Shown: positions 37,214-48,249 of the stretch, piece after piece
Layout of the letters: each line of letters begins with the position of its first letter
How positions within the stretch are numbered: position 1 is the stretch's first letter
Assembly (NCBI GenBank): GCA_040285825.1
Contig: JAUPSS010000007.1
Location: 334,501 to 398,500, forward strand
Direction of reading: 5' to 3'
Origin: Eukaryota sp. TZLM1-RC
Lineage: Eukaryota > Protista > Metamonada: BaSk clade
Length of the DNA stretch: 64,000 bases
Translations under genes and position numbers: made by a program
Notes under the pieces: model-generated
Databases searched by the model: none
What the model was told of the DNA's origin: nothing
The model's input: the letters and a program-made list of their open reading frames with translations, nothing else

Positions 37214-38935
37214 ATGTCATCCCTTTCAGTCTCTGCTTGTCGTGAGATCTCCGCTGCTGAACTCACCATTGATCTGGAACACGGACAAATTGGTCGAGGT
37301 GGTTTTGCTACAGTATTCGCTGCACTATGGTTTTCCAACGATGTTGCTGTCAAACTCATCGCTCTCGTAGACGAAGGTGAGACCAAACTCAAGAAGGAGA
37401 TCGGCCTCCTCTCTCTATTGAACCATCCTGGAATTATCCGTGTCTATGGTGTTACTTATCTCGACAACAAAATGGGAATCGTCATGGACCGGGCATCTTC
37501 CTTCCTTCACACACCTTCTGTGTTGTCCACCACAACCCTATCACATGCAATATCGATAACCTCTGCTCTCCTATTCCTTCACTCCAACAACTTTGTTCAT
37601 AGAGATCTGAAGCCACAGAACATTTTGATGGTTGATGGTCGTCCCAGAATATCTGATTTCGGAACTTCCAAGATTGTTGCAGAAACGGCTACTTTGAACA
37701 CCATCAATGTCATGACGCCTAAATACGCTGCATTGGAAGCCTTTGATAATAATTCATGCCAGGAAAGCGATGTCTATTCCCTAGGGGTAATTTTATATGA
37801 ATTACTTACTAATAAAGTGGCTTTTGAGGGAATTAATTCTCAGATAGCTTTGTTTGGTGTCAAATGCAGAGGTACTCAGTTACCATTTGATGATACAACT
37901 CCTCTTTCATTACAAAATATTATTAATAAATGCTTGGATAATGATCCATCCAAAAGGCCTTGCATTTGTCAAATTTTGGACGTGTTAAATCAATTGACAG
38001 CCGAAGTTGGCATTGATGAGAGTTTTGCAATTGAAATTAATAATAATGATGAATTCATTCAACAATTACGTCGAAACGATCTCAAATTAAGGTCAGAAAT
38101 AAATCAATTAAATGAATCAAATCATAAAAAAGATGAATTAATAGCAGGTCATGATCAAAGAATTCAAAAACTAAATGATGCTGTTGATACCAAAGATAGC
38201 CAACTAGAACAATTGTCTGTTGAAATACTGCAATTGAGGGCCCAAAATGCCAAATTGAAACACCAAATCGAAGAATTAGAAAGGCAAAACGAGCTAAATA
38301 CCAAATTAATTCACTCCAACTCATCTTTCATTAGGATTTGTGTGTGGGCTTGGTCACAGATTCAGAACAATATTTTCGAAACTATTGAACAAGGATTTAG
38401 TCAAAATTGGCCCAATATTGATCTACAAATTGCTGCAACTAATGAACTTCATTTGAACAACATTGATAATTTTGATGTTTTTGTATATAATAGTCTGGGA
38501 CTAGAAGTTGAAGCCGCACTGCTTGAGCAAATAGTGGCAGCCGGCAAAGGTCTGGTTTTGTTCAGTTGTGAGGGATACAACATCAAGGGTGATTTTAAAT
38601 ATGGGGCTTTTAAGGGTTTGACTGGTAGTAAATACCTTGGCTCTTTCATGGAAATATCTCATTCTGACCAAAAGGTTCTTATTATGAAATCAGTAAACTC
38701 ATTTTCTTGTGATCGAGGTGCAAAGTACACTTCCATCAACCCTGACTTTCAAGCTGTTGCTTGTTTGGAAAATGGAGAGCCTTTGTTGTTGAAGAGTGAT
38801 TACTACAAAGGTAGGGTGGTGGATTTTGCTTCAGATGGTTTCAGTTGTGTCAGTGTCTGTGGATGGAAAAGCTCCACAGATGGTCACCTTTTGCTAGCAA
38901 ATTCAATAGTTTGGGTTTATGGAAGAGATTATTAA
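37214..38935 (+). CDS. TKL-like protein kinase + coiled coil + C-terminal alpha/beta domain
   Basis: GRGGFA, VAVK, HRDLKPQN, DFG, ALE, SDVYSLG; intact ORF (upstream in-frame ATG at 37121 also possible). Confidence 0.92.
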   Translation: MSSLSVSACREISAAELTIDLEHGQIGRGGFATVFAALWFSNDVAVKLIALVDEGETKLKKEIGLLSLLNHPGIIRVYGVTYLDNKMGIVMDRASSFLHTPSVLSTTTLSHAISITSALLFLHSNNFVHRDLKPQNILMVDGRPRISDFGTSKIVAETATLNTINVMTPKYAALEAFDNNSCQESDVYSLGVILYELLTNKVAFEGINSQIALFGVKCRGTQLPFDDTTPLSLQNIINKCLDNDPSKRPCICQILDVLNQLTAEVGIDESFAIEINNNDEFIQQLRRNDLKLRSEINQLNESNHKKDELIAGHDQRIQKLNDAVDTKDSQLEQLSVEILQLRAQNAKLKHQIEELERQNELNTKLIHSNSSFIRICVWAWSQIQNNIFETIEQGFSQNWPNIDLQIAATNELHLNNIDNFDVFVYNSLGLEVEAALLEQIVAAGKGLVLFSCEGYNIKGDFKYGAFKGLTGSKYLGSFMEISHSDQKVLIMKSVNSFSCDRGAKYTSINPDFQAVACLENGEPLLLKSDYYKGRVVDFASDGFSCVSVCGWKSSTDGHLLLANSIVWVYGRDY

Positions 38936-40759
38936 TAATCTTGGCCATTCTTTACTTGATAAGAAATTAGCTCCTGATTCAGCGGTTTTTAATAAAACTC
39001 AGCTGAAATAGCAACATCATTGACGACATTGCCTGAAGATACAACACTGGACAGGGCATACAATCGAAGTTTCTCACATTATTTCAAGTTAAAACAAAAT
39101 TTACTACATATAATTCCAATCAAGAGCTCCAACAGGTATCTGTTCAAAACCGAATGGACTCTAATAGACTATAATCGAAACCTCCATATATCATCACTCT
39201 GTGACCACGGAATGTTAGTCCAGGTCGCCAGTTTGTAAGAGAAAAGCGAAAAGTCCGTAACTTGTTGGTAACTTGTTGCATTTTAATCATATTGATGGAG
39301 AACGTTGTTTTTTGTATGAAAAGGCAACAACAGAGAAAAATGACACTGCAATAGAAAATTCTTCTATTTCCCAGTGTTTGGACAAAGTTCTCCCAAAGAC
39401 AATTTTTTTGTCATTATCCATGGAATTTAATGATAGTTGAACTTACGCTTTAACTGATATGCCGATTGAAGCAATGTCGTAGAGACAAGGAAAAGACACT
39501 GTACGGAGAATTATATGGTAATAAAAGCCAAATGTACACGTAGTATTTTAACTAAACTGGTATTGACCCTATTTCCATAATTGAACCACCCACATTCAAT
39601 ATCAATATAATCAGCCTATACAATTTAATTATTGTGATTTTTTTATTATATAATAGTTTTTAATATTGAAATTTTGTTACAATATAAGCATGAAAACATG
39701 GATAAGGAAGAATTTTATACAACAGCTGGAATTACTACTCAGATGCTGAAAAGATAAAAATCTTAACCCTTGTTGAAAGTGTGGTGTAGAACGCCATATC
39801 CATAAAGATGTACAGCCTAGCGCCGGATCTCTTAAATTTATCATACAACGTTCTTTTTTTGCAACATTTGGGGGTACACCATAGCCTTTTTTAATACATT
39901 CTCTTGATCTACCAGGAACCTTGGAGTTGGACATGTGAAAATCAGCACCAGTCGAAGCGTTAGTTACTAAATATGAATAAAATTAAGAATAGATTACATT
40001 ATTGACTAAATAAAACAATACAAGAAATAATCAATGAGCTCAAAAGAGAAAAAATTTATTTGCCATTCCTTCCAAAAACCCAAAATATTGAATTTGCTAG
40101 CAAACCAGAGACCTTACCAACCATCAAGAATCTGCTTGTTGCTCTTCTATCAAGCAAGAAATAGAGGCAAAACAGAAAGAAAATGGTTCGAAAAAAATGG
40201 TTTGTTGAGTTAATGTCGGAACCTATCTTTATTAAGAGTTTTTGATCTTCATTAGCATCAGCATTGACCACAGCGGGAAAGAGCCATAGAGGGGATTGGA
40301 ACAACCTGATCACAACCCTCAGTGAGTGAATCTTTCTCGAAAAAAGAAGGTAAATTAAAATTTTGAAAATTAGGTACCAACAATAATAGAACGTTTCAGG
40401 AGTGAATTCGATACTTCCTCCATAAAATCAATGGAGGAAGATCTTGAGTGTGGAAGAAGAGTCTGGTAGATGATCATAGTCACTGAATGCATCATCTACA
40501 CAGCTCACAGTAAAGAGTATGTGGAAGTACTTTGAGTAGAGTACCAAAAGAGCACGATGAATAAGAAACTCTTCGCCATTGAATCAACAAAAATCAACAA
40601 TGTAAAGGATTTTTGCCGATTTTTATAGTTGGCTATTCTGAATAAGAGTTCATTATTGAGAGTCCAAGTGAAGGTCTCAATGAATTCGAGCTCAAGATAT
40701 TATTGAAATTTGGATTGATCTAAATTTTGGTGGGAAATTTTGGCTCCAAGCTTAATTTT

Positions 40760-41890
40760 ATTCATTTAATAAGAAATATGACAACATACAATACACAATT
40801 AAAATTCTGCATCCTCAAAACCTGCATCCCCCACTTCAAAACAATTAATTGCCAAAGATTCGGAAAATTAGCAGCCTTTCCTGAAGATTCAAGCAAAGAA
40901 AAAACAAAGGGACACAAAATATATTGGGCATAAGAATTTTCGTTATTCGAGGATATGGGTTTCGCATATTTAGCGTTTTTATATTTTTCGCCTGCAAGAA
41001 GAGGACTATTTATATTTGAGTTAATGAAATGTTCGTTAGAGGAATTACAAGGGTCAGTAGACATGGCGTCTAAAATAGTCAAACTACCATTTAAACCGGT
41101 AGCAACTAGATCACCTCTTGTCAGACCCATAGAAGCTCTGTTGTAACACGTACTATCAATATTGGGGTCATCAAGAATTAATTTTGATAACAAAGGCTCT
41201 AAAAAGGAATCTACTCGATATGATTTGCACATAACATAACTTTGGTTCCTGGCGTTAATATGCACTTTGCTTTTAAATGTATTGAAATGTTTACAGTTCA
41301 AAAGATAAGTAAACAAAAAAGGTTTACCACATTTACATGTGAAATGATTGGGCAAATAGTTTGGCCACAGAAAACAACGAAAAACCATGTTCAAAAGCCA
41401 TTCATTGTTTCTTAGCAAAAGTCTATAAACGGTGGGAATTTGAGTTACTGAAGCAGCAGCAGAACTATCACGAATATCCTTCAAAATATTGCCGAAAGCG
41501 GGATTGTTGGTTTTGGCCAAGCCAAGTCTTTTTTCATAATCCAAGCCTTCATATAATTTAACCTGATGGTGCTGAAGTTGTTTTCAAGCAAAAACGTAAA
41601 TTTGGAAGTGATCGTGTGATGAAGAAGATGAGTAAACACAAGAGGTTTACCACATTTACATGTTAAATAATTAAGGCAAATTGTTTGGTCATAGAAAACA
41701 ACGAGAACGCACGTTTAAAAGCCATTCATTATTTTTTCAACATAACTCCATAAACAGAGGGAATTGGAGTTACTAAAGCAGCAGCAGAACTATTACGAAT
41801 GCCTTTTAAAAAATTACCGAAAGCGGGTTTTTCAGTTTTGGTCAAGCCAAATCTTACTTCATAATCCACGCTTTCATATAGTTTAACCAG
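40760..41890 (-). mobile_element. CRE-clade 3' fragments (segment present twice, diverged)
   Basis: CKCG..LLNC, RGDLV, ILDAM, CPFVFS; 41640-41890 resembles 41320-41560. Confidence 0.85.
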
Positions 41891-42399
41891 GAGGTTACAG
41901 TCAAAGAATCTGGATCACTCTTTGATTGATTTTGCTCTTTGATTCTACAAATTGGAAGTCAATTTCCATGAAGTGATGAACTGAAGGTATTCAAAAGAAA
42001 TACTGATGAACAGGAAATGGCAATTGCATCCAATATTGTTTTTGAAAATGTCAATAATAAATTGACTTATTACTTAGATGCAAAGCATTTGTCTTTTGCA
42101 AATGTGGTCTTGGCTTTTTGCAATCTTACCTTGTTGAACAAGGAACGTCAAATTGAAAAGTAAATTCTTCTAATCGATCCTGACCCAGTAAATGTTATTC
42201 AAGAAGTGAAACAACGAAGATTCATTTGAAAACCGAACTTGAATACAATTGACAATTTGGAACAATCTGCTTTAATGGTGAAGAAAGAAACAGTTTGACA
42301 ATTGGCTCTAAATTCGGAAACAGGGTATATCAAAACTGAATCATATGAAGTTTATAAATCACCATAACAAATGCATATTTATTTATCAAATACACAAGT

Positions 42400-42965
42400 A
42401 AAACGCCACATCCTCAAAACTTGCATCTCCTACATTGAAACAGTTCATTACTGTAAATTTGGCATATTTTTCAAAGGAAGAAAGTGAATCAGAAATTAAT
42501 TTTACCATTTCCTTGTGAATGGAAATTACATCCAATTCTGCCAGTATCCACTATTGAAAATTCTTTCAGTCCTCTCTGTTAAAACTAAATCGAAATTTTC
42601 AAAGAAAGCCAAAGCAGTCGTAGCTAGAGAACCGAGCAGGGAAAAAACAAACGGACATAAATTAAATTGGACAGGAGAATTTTCATTGACAAGCGAATTA
42701 GGTTTCGTGCATTTAGTAATTTTTGTGTAATTCTCCAGCAAGAAGAGGTTTATTGATATTTGAATTTATGAAATGTTACTTTGAAGAATTATAAGAGTCA
42801 ATGAACATGGGTCCAAAATTGCGAAGCTCCCATTGAAGCCGGAAAAACCAAATCACCTCCTGTCAGACCCATTGAAGCTCTTTTGTAACGGGTACTATCA
42901 ATATTAGGATCATCAAGAATTAATTTTGATAACAGTAGTTCTAAAAAGGAATCTACTCGATATGA
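42400..42965 (-). mobile_element. CRE-clade 3' fragment
   Basis: Homologous to 40800-41230; LCPFVFSLLGS, YWQN. Confidence 0.8.
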
Positions 42966-45250
42966 TTGGGTGGTGGCAAAAATTTTATTTATGAGTTATT
43001 TGTATGAGTTATCTTGTGAACTTGAAAAATTGCCGCCACAAATTTGCACCAAATGTTTTCCTCAATCGATTCAAGAAATTCCAAACCGATCTCTTTTTAA
43101 TTTACAGTTTTGCTGTAAAAAGCTTCAACAAAAATTGTCAAAGATTTTTGAAAACTTGGATTTTGATGTTAGACCAGGCTTGGCCAAGAAAAAGAATCCC
43201 GCCTTTGCAAATCTTTTACAAGATATGTGTGACAGTACTTCTTCTGCCTTAGTAACAACAATTCCTCAAGTTTATGGTACTCTCTTAACTGATTCTGCTT
43301 GGACTCTAAATATGAGATTTCGTTCCTTTATCTGTCCTGATAATTTACCTCATAATTTAATTTGTAAATGTTCTCGAGAAATTACAAATACCTTAGTCCA
43401 CATTATGGTGGTTTAGGGTGGACGAAGGCTTCTATTCTTACCTCGTGTGCTTTTGTTGGTGGATGCAGAAATGCAATCTTTGAGTTTTCCGAAAGATTTG
43501 CAGATTGGGAAGATTTATTGATGACAACGCAAAGTTCCACTGTTTTTGCATTAAATGAAGAAATTTCAAGAATTGATGTAGAAAAATGGGGTCGATGTTT
43601 TCCCCAATCATTCAATGGCAATATTCCAGAAAATAATGTTTCAAATTTGAAGTACACTCTTCGAACATTACAGAAAAGATAAACTGGAATGTATGAAAAA
43701 GATCTTTATAATAATATTTGCAGCTCAGCTGTTTTAAATCAAGATCTTCACTCATTGTTATTGGAGAAGGGTGTTTGTGAAAACAAGGCGTCAGATTCTT
43801 CACTTTTTGTAACCATTGTACCACGAAGATTTGGATTGTGTGCCACTAATGAAGCATTTGTAACAAAAATGAGATTATATTTGAACATCCCCATTAACCA
43901 ATTATTGTCAAAAGAAAAATGTATTTGTTCGAATTCACCTCAACTCACTTTGCGCCATGCTCTAAATTGCTCTAAATTGATAACTTAACGTTCTTCATTA
44001 CATGATGCTGTTAGAGACACTGTTTTCAATATGGCACAAACTGCAAGGATATCGTGTATCAAAGAGCCCCTGCTGAAGGAAACACTTTCTCTGAATAATT
44101 TTGGTTCTGATGATAGAGGTGATGTATACTGTGATTGGATTGATAATTCTGAAGCTATTGTTGACTTTGTCTCATGTAATGTTGCAAACGATACTTTGGT
44201 TCACAGAAGAAAACTTAATCCTGTGGCTGCTCTGCATTTAAAGCAAAAGAAAAACATAGAAAATATGATAAAGAAATTGAAGATGCAAATGTCGATAGAA
44301 ATACACAGCTGGTTTTTATTGCTTTCCAGTTTTCGATAAATGGAAGATTATCAGTTGAAGCAGAAACTTCTTTGGATGACTTCCAAAAAATGGTGAAAGA
44401 AAAAACAATGAAAAGATTCGATATTTTTTTATGGCGTTCGCGGATTCAATTTGCCATTATTAATAGATTACCGCGGTTTTTCAATCGAATTAGAGAAGCT
44501 TTAGCTAGACAGCAAGCAAATCAAGATTTTGTAGAGGAAATCTTGGTTTAATGATAGTCGTCCCATTAGTTATGATTTAATTTAATCAAGTGTGCAAATT
44601 CAATAAATACGAAAATTTTTAGAAATTACAACCACTCATTTGTTAAATTGTAAACATTTTATTACTTTTAGAAGCAAGGTTCATGATGCTGTAAGAGACT
44701 AGTTATATTGTATGTGTGAATCTCATAGAATTGAATCCCTCTTGGAACCTCTGTTGTCAAATCTGTTTGATGCTGAAGATGATTTTCATAAGAATAATAG
44801 AGGTGATGTTATATTACCTGGACTCGATGGAAGTTTCATTTTATTGGATGTAATGTCTGTTGATCCTTGTAATGCCTCAAATGAAAGGCTAGTTAATTCT
44901 GAAATTCATAATCCCCTTTCAAATGCTGAAAATTTCAGATTCAAAAAATACAATGAACCTTTGTCCAAATTGGCCAGTCTACAGCATGCAAAATACAATT
45001 TGTATCCATTTGTATTTTCCCTTTTTGGTTCACTTGCACCAACTGCTTTACGTTTTTTGGATGATTTTGAAATGATTGTAAAGAGAAGAACTGGCAGAAA
45101 TTTCAACAGATTGTTTTGGCAAAATAGAATTGTGTTTTCCATTTTTAAGGGGATGTTGAAGATGGTTTCTGATGCTTTGCTTTCTCTTGGATCTCACTAT
45201 GAGAGAGTTGCATCTAGTGTTTTTGTTTTGGGAGAGATGGATTTTTAGAT
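42966..45250 (+). mobile_element. CRE-clade 3' portion split by a second CRE insertion
   Basis: ICKCSREIT|THLLNCKH is restored on removing 43388-44631; RGDVIL..LDV..YPFVFS..FWQNRIV. Confidence 0.9.
43388..44620 (+). mobile_element. 5'-truncated CRE-clade insertion with 11-bp TSD
   Basis: TSD AGAAATTACAA at 43377-43387 and 44621-44631; near-identical to 29503-30710. Confidence 0.93.
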
Positions 45251-45279
45251 GTTGACTTATAGGTTTTCTAATAAATAAT

Positions 45280-45570
45280 GATAATAATGATAATGGTTGA
45301 CCATTAATGGTTTAAATGAAATAAAAAAAACTCGATATGATTTGCACATTACATAAATTTGGTCTCTGACTAAATTGTGTATTTTACTTCTAAATGTTAA
45401 TAAATGGTTAGAATTCAAAAGATGAGTAATCAAAAAAGGTTTACCACATTTACACGTTAAATGATAGGGCAATTTGTTTGTCCATAGAAAACTACCAAAC
45501 CTCATATTTAAAAAGCTATTCATTGTATTTTAAAAGAAGACCATAAATAGAAGGAATTTGAGTAACTGAA
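45280..45570 (-). mobile_element. CRE-clade Zn-finger fragment
   Basis: CKCGKPF..HLLN..RSKIHN. Confidence 0.8.
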
Positions 45571-45636
45571 GAACGAGTGTCCTTTGAAGAATTTGCGAAA
45601 ATGGTTTACATCATGATGAATATGTTTCTTATGTGT

Positions 45637-47173
45637 CCACGTCATCATGACTCATCGTCTAATTCAAGTAATGGGGAAACAAACATATCCAGCTTCCTCC
45701 TCACAAAAGGTCGCACTCCTCAAAACTTACATGTTCTATGATCAACGTCCCGTCAATGAACGGCGTGTTGGTGCGTCACCTTCGGTCCACATCGCATACA
45801 ACATTGTGGTCCGCGCAAGACATCACTAACCAAGCCCGATTACCCGTTGCCTAATGCCACTCAATTCAACGTCACTTTTGCAGCGACTTCTTTCCACTTC
45901 TCTCCGCTTTCGATCTCACTTTATGATCTTTCCTGATCGGCCACCCATCTTTCACAACATCAATGCCACGTGGCACTACGTCATTGGATTCCAATAACAT
46001 CAATACCACCCCTTTACACTGCTTTTATTCCCACTTCTTTTACTTAACACTTACTATACTTAATCTGTTTAGAACTCAATTTTCTTTACACATTTATTAT
46101 CTCCAAATACCAATTGTTTCCTCAATTTCAAGTTACTTTTAATCAAATTCTATCTCAACTCAAGTTTTCAAATAAAACCCTTTTTTCAGACACCATTTTG
46201 GATTTGCCACGTCACAATGACGTCACCCTCTTATTTCTTAGGCTTTTATGTCACAATTTGTGGTTTTCTGAAATAATTGTATTTAATTATCGTTAACACA
46301 CAGTTATTTCTTATATTCTTTGAAGCAATGTTTAACAAGGTCTTTCCTTGGCATTACCATCAAAAGCAAGTGATTCTTCAACAGTATTTGATGATTCTAA
46401 CTGTTGAAGTTTGGTACCTGACTGCTTGATCAAATCACCAATCAAATAATGTAAAATTGATTGGTTTTGATTGAGGGTTCCTCTCACAACAGATTCCACT
46501 TTATTCCCTGATTGATCTAGCAAAGGGGTAATAGTGGAAACTCTTGCCTGAAACTCTTCCATTTGTTTCGCAAACGCTTCCTTGGCTTGTGAGAAGGACA
46601 CAAGAGCTTCGTGGTGTTGAGAGTGGCCTTGAAGCCAGCCACATGAATCACACAAAGCAACCTTACATTGCCAATGTTGTTGTATCCAAGATCCAATATT
46701 TTGACTTGAAATAACAACGTCATGTGGCTCAAAGCGTAAAGTAACACCAGAAAGATGAATGGAATGGACTTTGGGAGGAACATCATTGACCAGGATTGGG
46801 TTCTTGGTTTCTTTTTTCAATTTATTACCATTATTTGCTGTGTTGGTCCGATGTTGATCACAAAACATGTAAGTTTTAATTTAATAACTGTTTTTAGATT
46901 TTTATTCAGATTGTTGTGTTTAAAATAATTCCAGGTTTGTTTTCTTATTTTAGGTTTTGTTGTACACTCAATTAATGAAAGTTTTGTCATTGTTTTAGTT
47001 GGTGTTTCATAATTGTTCTTATTTACTTCTTTTATAACTTTATTGCTACCTTCCATTCATGGAATTGTTGGTTTTTGCTTCAAGATATGGATACAATTAA
47101 CCATGTATTTTTGAAGTATGATGTTTTCTCCATTATAAAAGTGTCAGTATTGGTAAATCACTGTTTATATTCA
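45637..47173 (-). mobile_element. Unclassified repeat family A, long copy
   Basis: Colinear with 57254-58714; inverted repeats at 45722-45749 and 46850-46877. Confidence 0.9.
46332..46868 (-). CDS. Orphan 178-aa ORF of family A
   Basis: Open with no indels in two copies; C-x2-C and His cluster; helical C-terminal half. Confidence 0.5.
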   Translation of the reverse strand: MFCDQHRTNTANNGNKLKKETKNPILVNDVPPKVHSIHLSGVTLRFEPHDVVISSQNIGSWIQQHWQCKVALCDSCGWLQGHSQHHEALVSFSQAKEAFAKQMEEFQARVSTITPLLDQSGNKVESVVRGTLNQNQSILHYLIGDLIKQSGTKLQQLESSNTVEESLAFDGNAKERPC

Positions 47174-47676
47174 AATTAGATCTACATTTTTAAACACACT
47201 AGATGAATTGATTGGAACCAATTGATTGTGATTATTTGCTTGAAGAGTTGACTACATGTGGGACTGATTCACCTTCTAGTCAGTTTTGATGTCTTCAGAT
47301 TTGGAAATTCCTGATCAGTTTAATTCAATCAATGTCTAAGTGTATTCCTTTTTATTATATCCAACTTTTCTTGATTAACTGCAATTGCATAAAATAACAA
47401 CACACTATGGAATAATTGAATAACTAATGAAATACAACAGTCAAAGTAAAGTTCCTATTTTTTTGGAATTTTAAGAAAACACCAACATTTTCTACTTTGA
47501 TTTCATCCATCAGTCCGGGGCTTAACTATAACCCGTTTCCCCAATGCTCTCGTCCAATGTGAAGTTACAGTCTGTAACCTATGTACAAATTTCATGGTAC
47601 ATAAACTGAAAATTACCTTGATTCGTCAATTTCCAAAAAACTGTCGTCATGGTCCTTGTACAAGCAATAATAAAAA

Positions 47677-48240
47677 GGGAAAAGTACACATCTACCCATT
47701 TTTGCAAAAAGTTGAACACGTCTACCCACCACAATAAAGTGAACACATCTACCCACTTTCTTACTGATAGGACTACTTTGCAGATTGGACATGACAACGA
47801 CCTCTTCCGTTGTTGCTGAATCAACTATAACTCTCAAACATAACGACACCGATTATCTCTTGAAAATCGATTCCCTGGCTTCGATGGAAATCATAAAGGA
47901 ACTGATTCGGCTAGATTGTGTCCAGAGCAGTGCCTATTGTGTCTACAAAAAGTCTGAACATACAAGAATTTATGCTCGTTGCAAAAATAAAAGATGTACG
48001 TTTGAATGCTATGCTACACGACCTAAATCCGCTTCTACAACAACTCCTTATGAGGTTAAGCGGTATAAAGCTCATTCCTGTGATGGTAATCTAACTTCTT
48101 CCTACAAGAATCTTCCTCCTTCCACAGATTACCTTGCCTCTTTGACATCCATTCGTACAAAAATCCAAAAGGATCCTGCCATCAGCTCCAAGCATTTGAA
48201 AGTGGATTTAAACACAGCGGCTGGATTTATACTTACCAAC
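47677..48240 (+). mobile_element. MULE left end and transposase N-terminus (truncated)
   Basis: GGG start, three ACAC.TCTACCCA subterminal repeats, MuDR-type CKNKRC.F..Y...HSC. Confidence 0.7.
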
Positions 48241-48249
48241 AACCATCCA

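Noticed and set aside
40416-40442. 10-bp hairpin CTTCCTCCAT...ATGGAGGAAG as terminator or MITE
   Set aside because: Isolated, with no second copy or TSD
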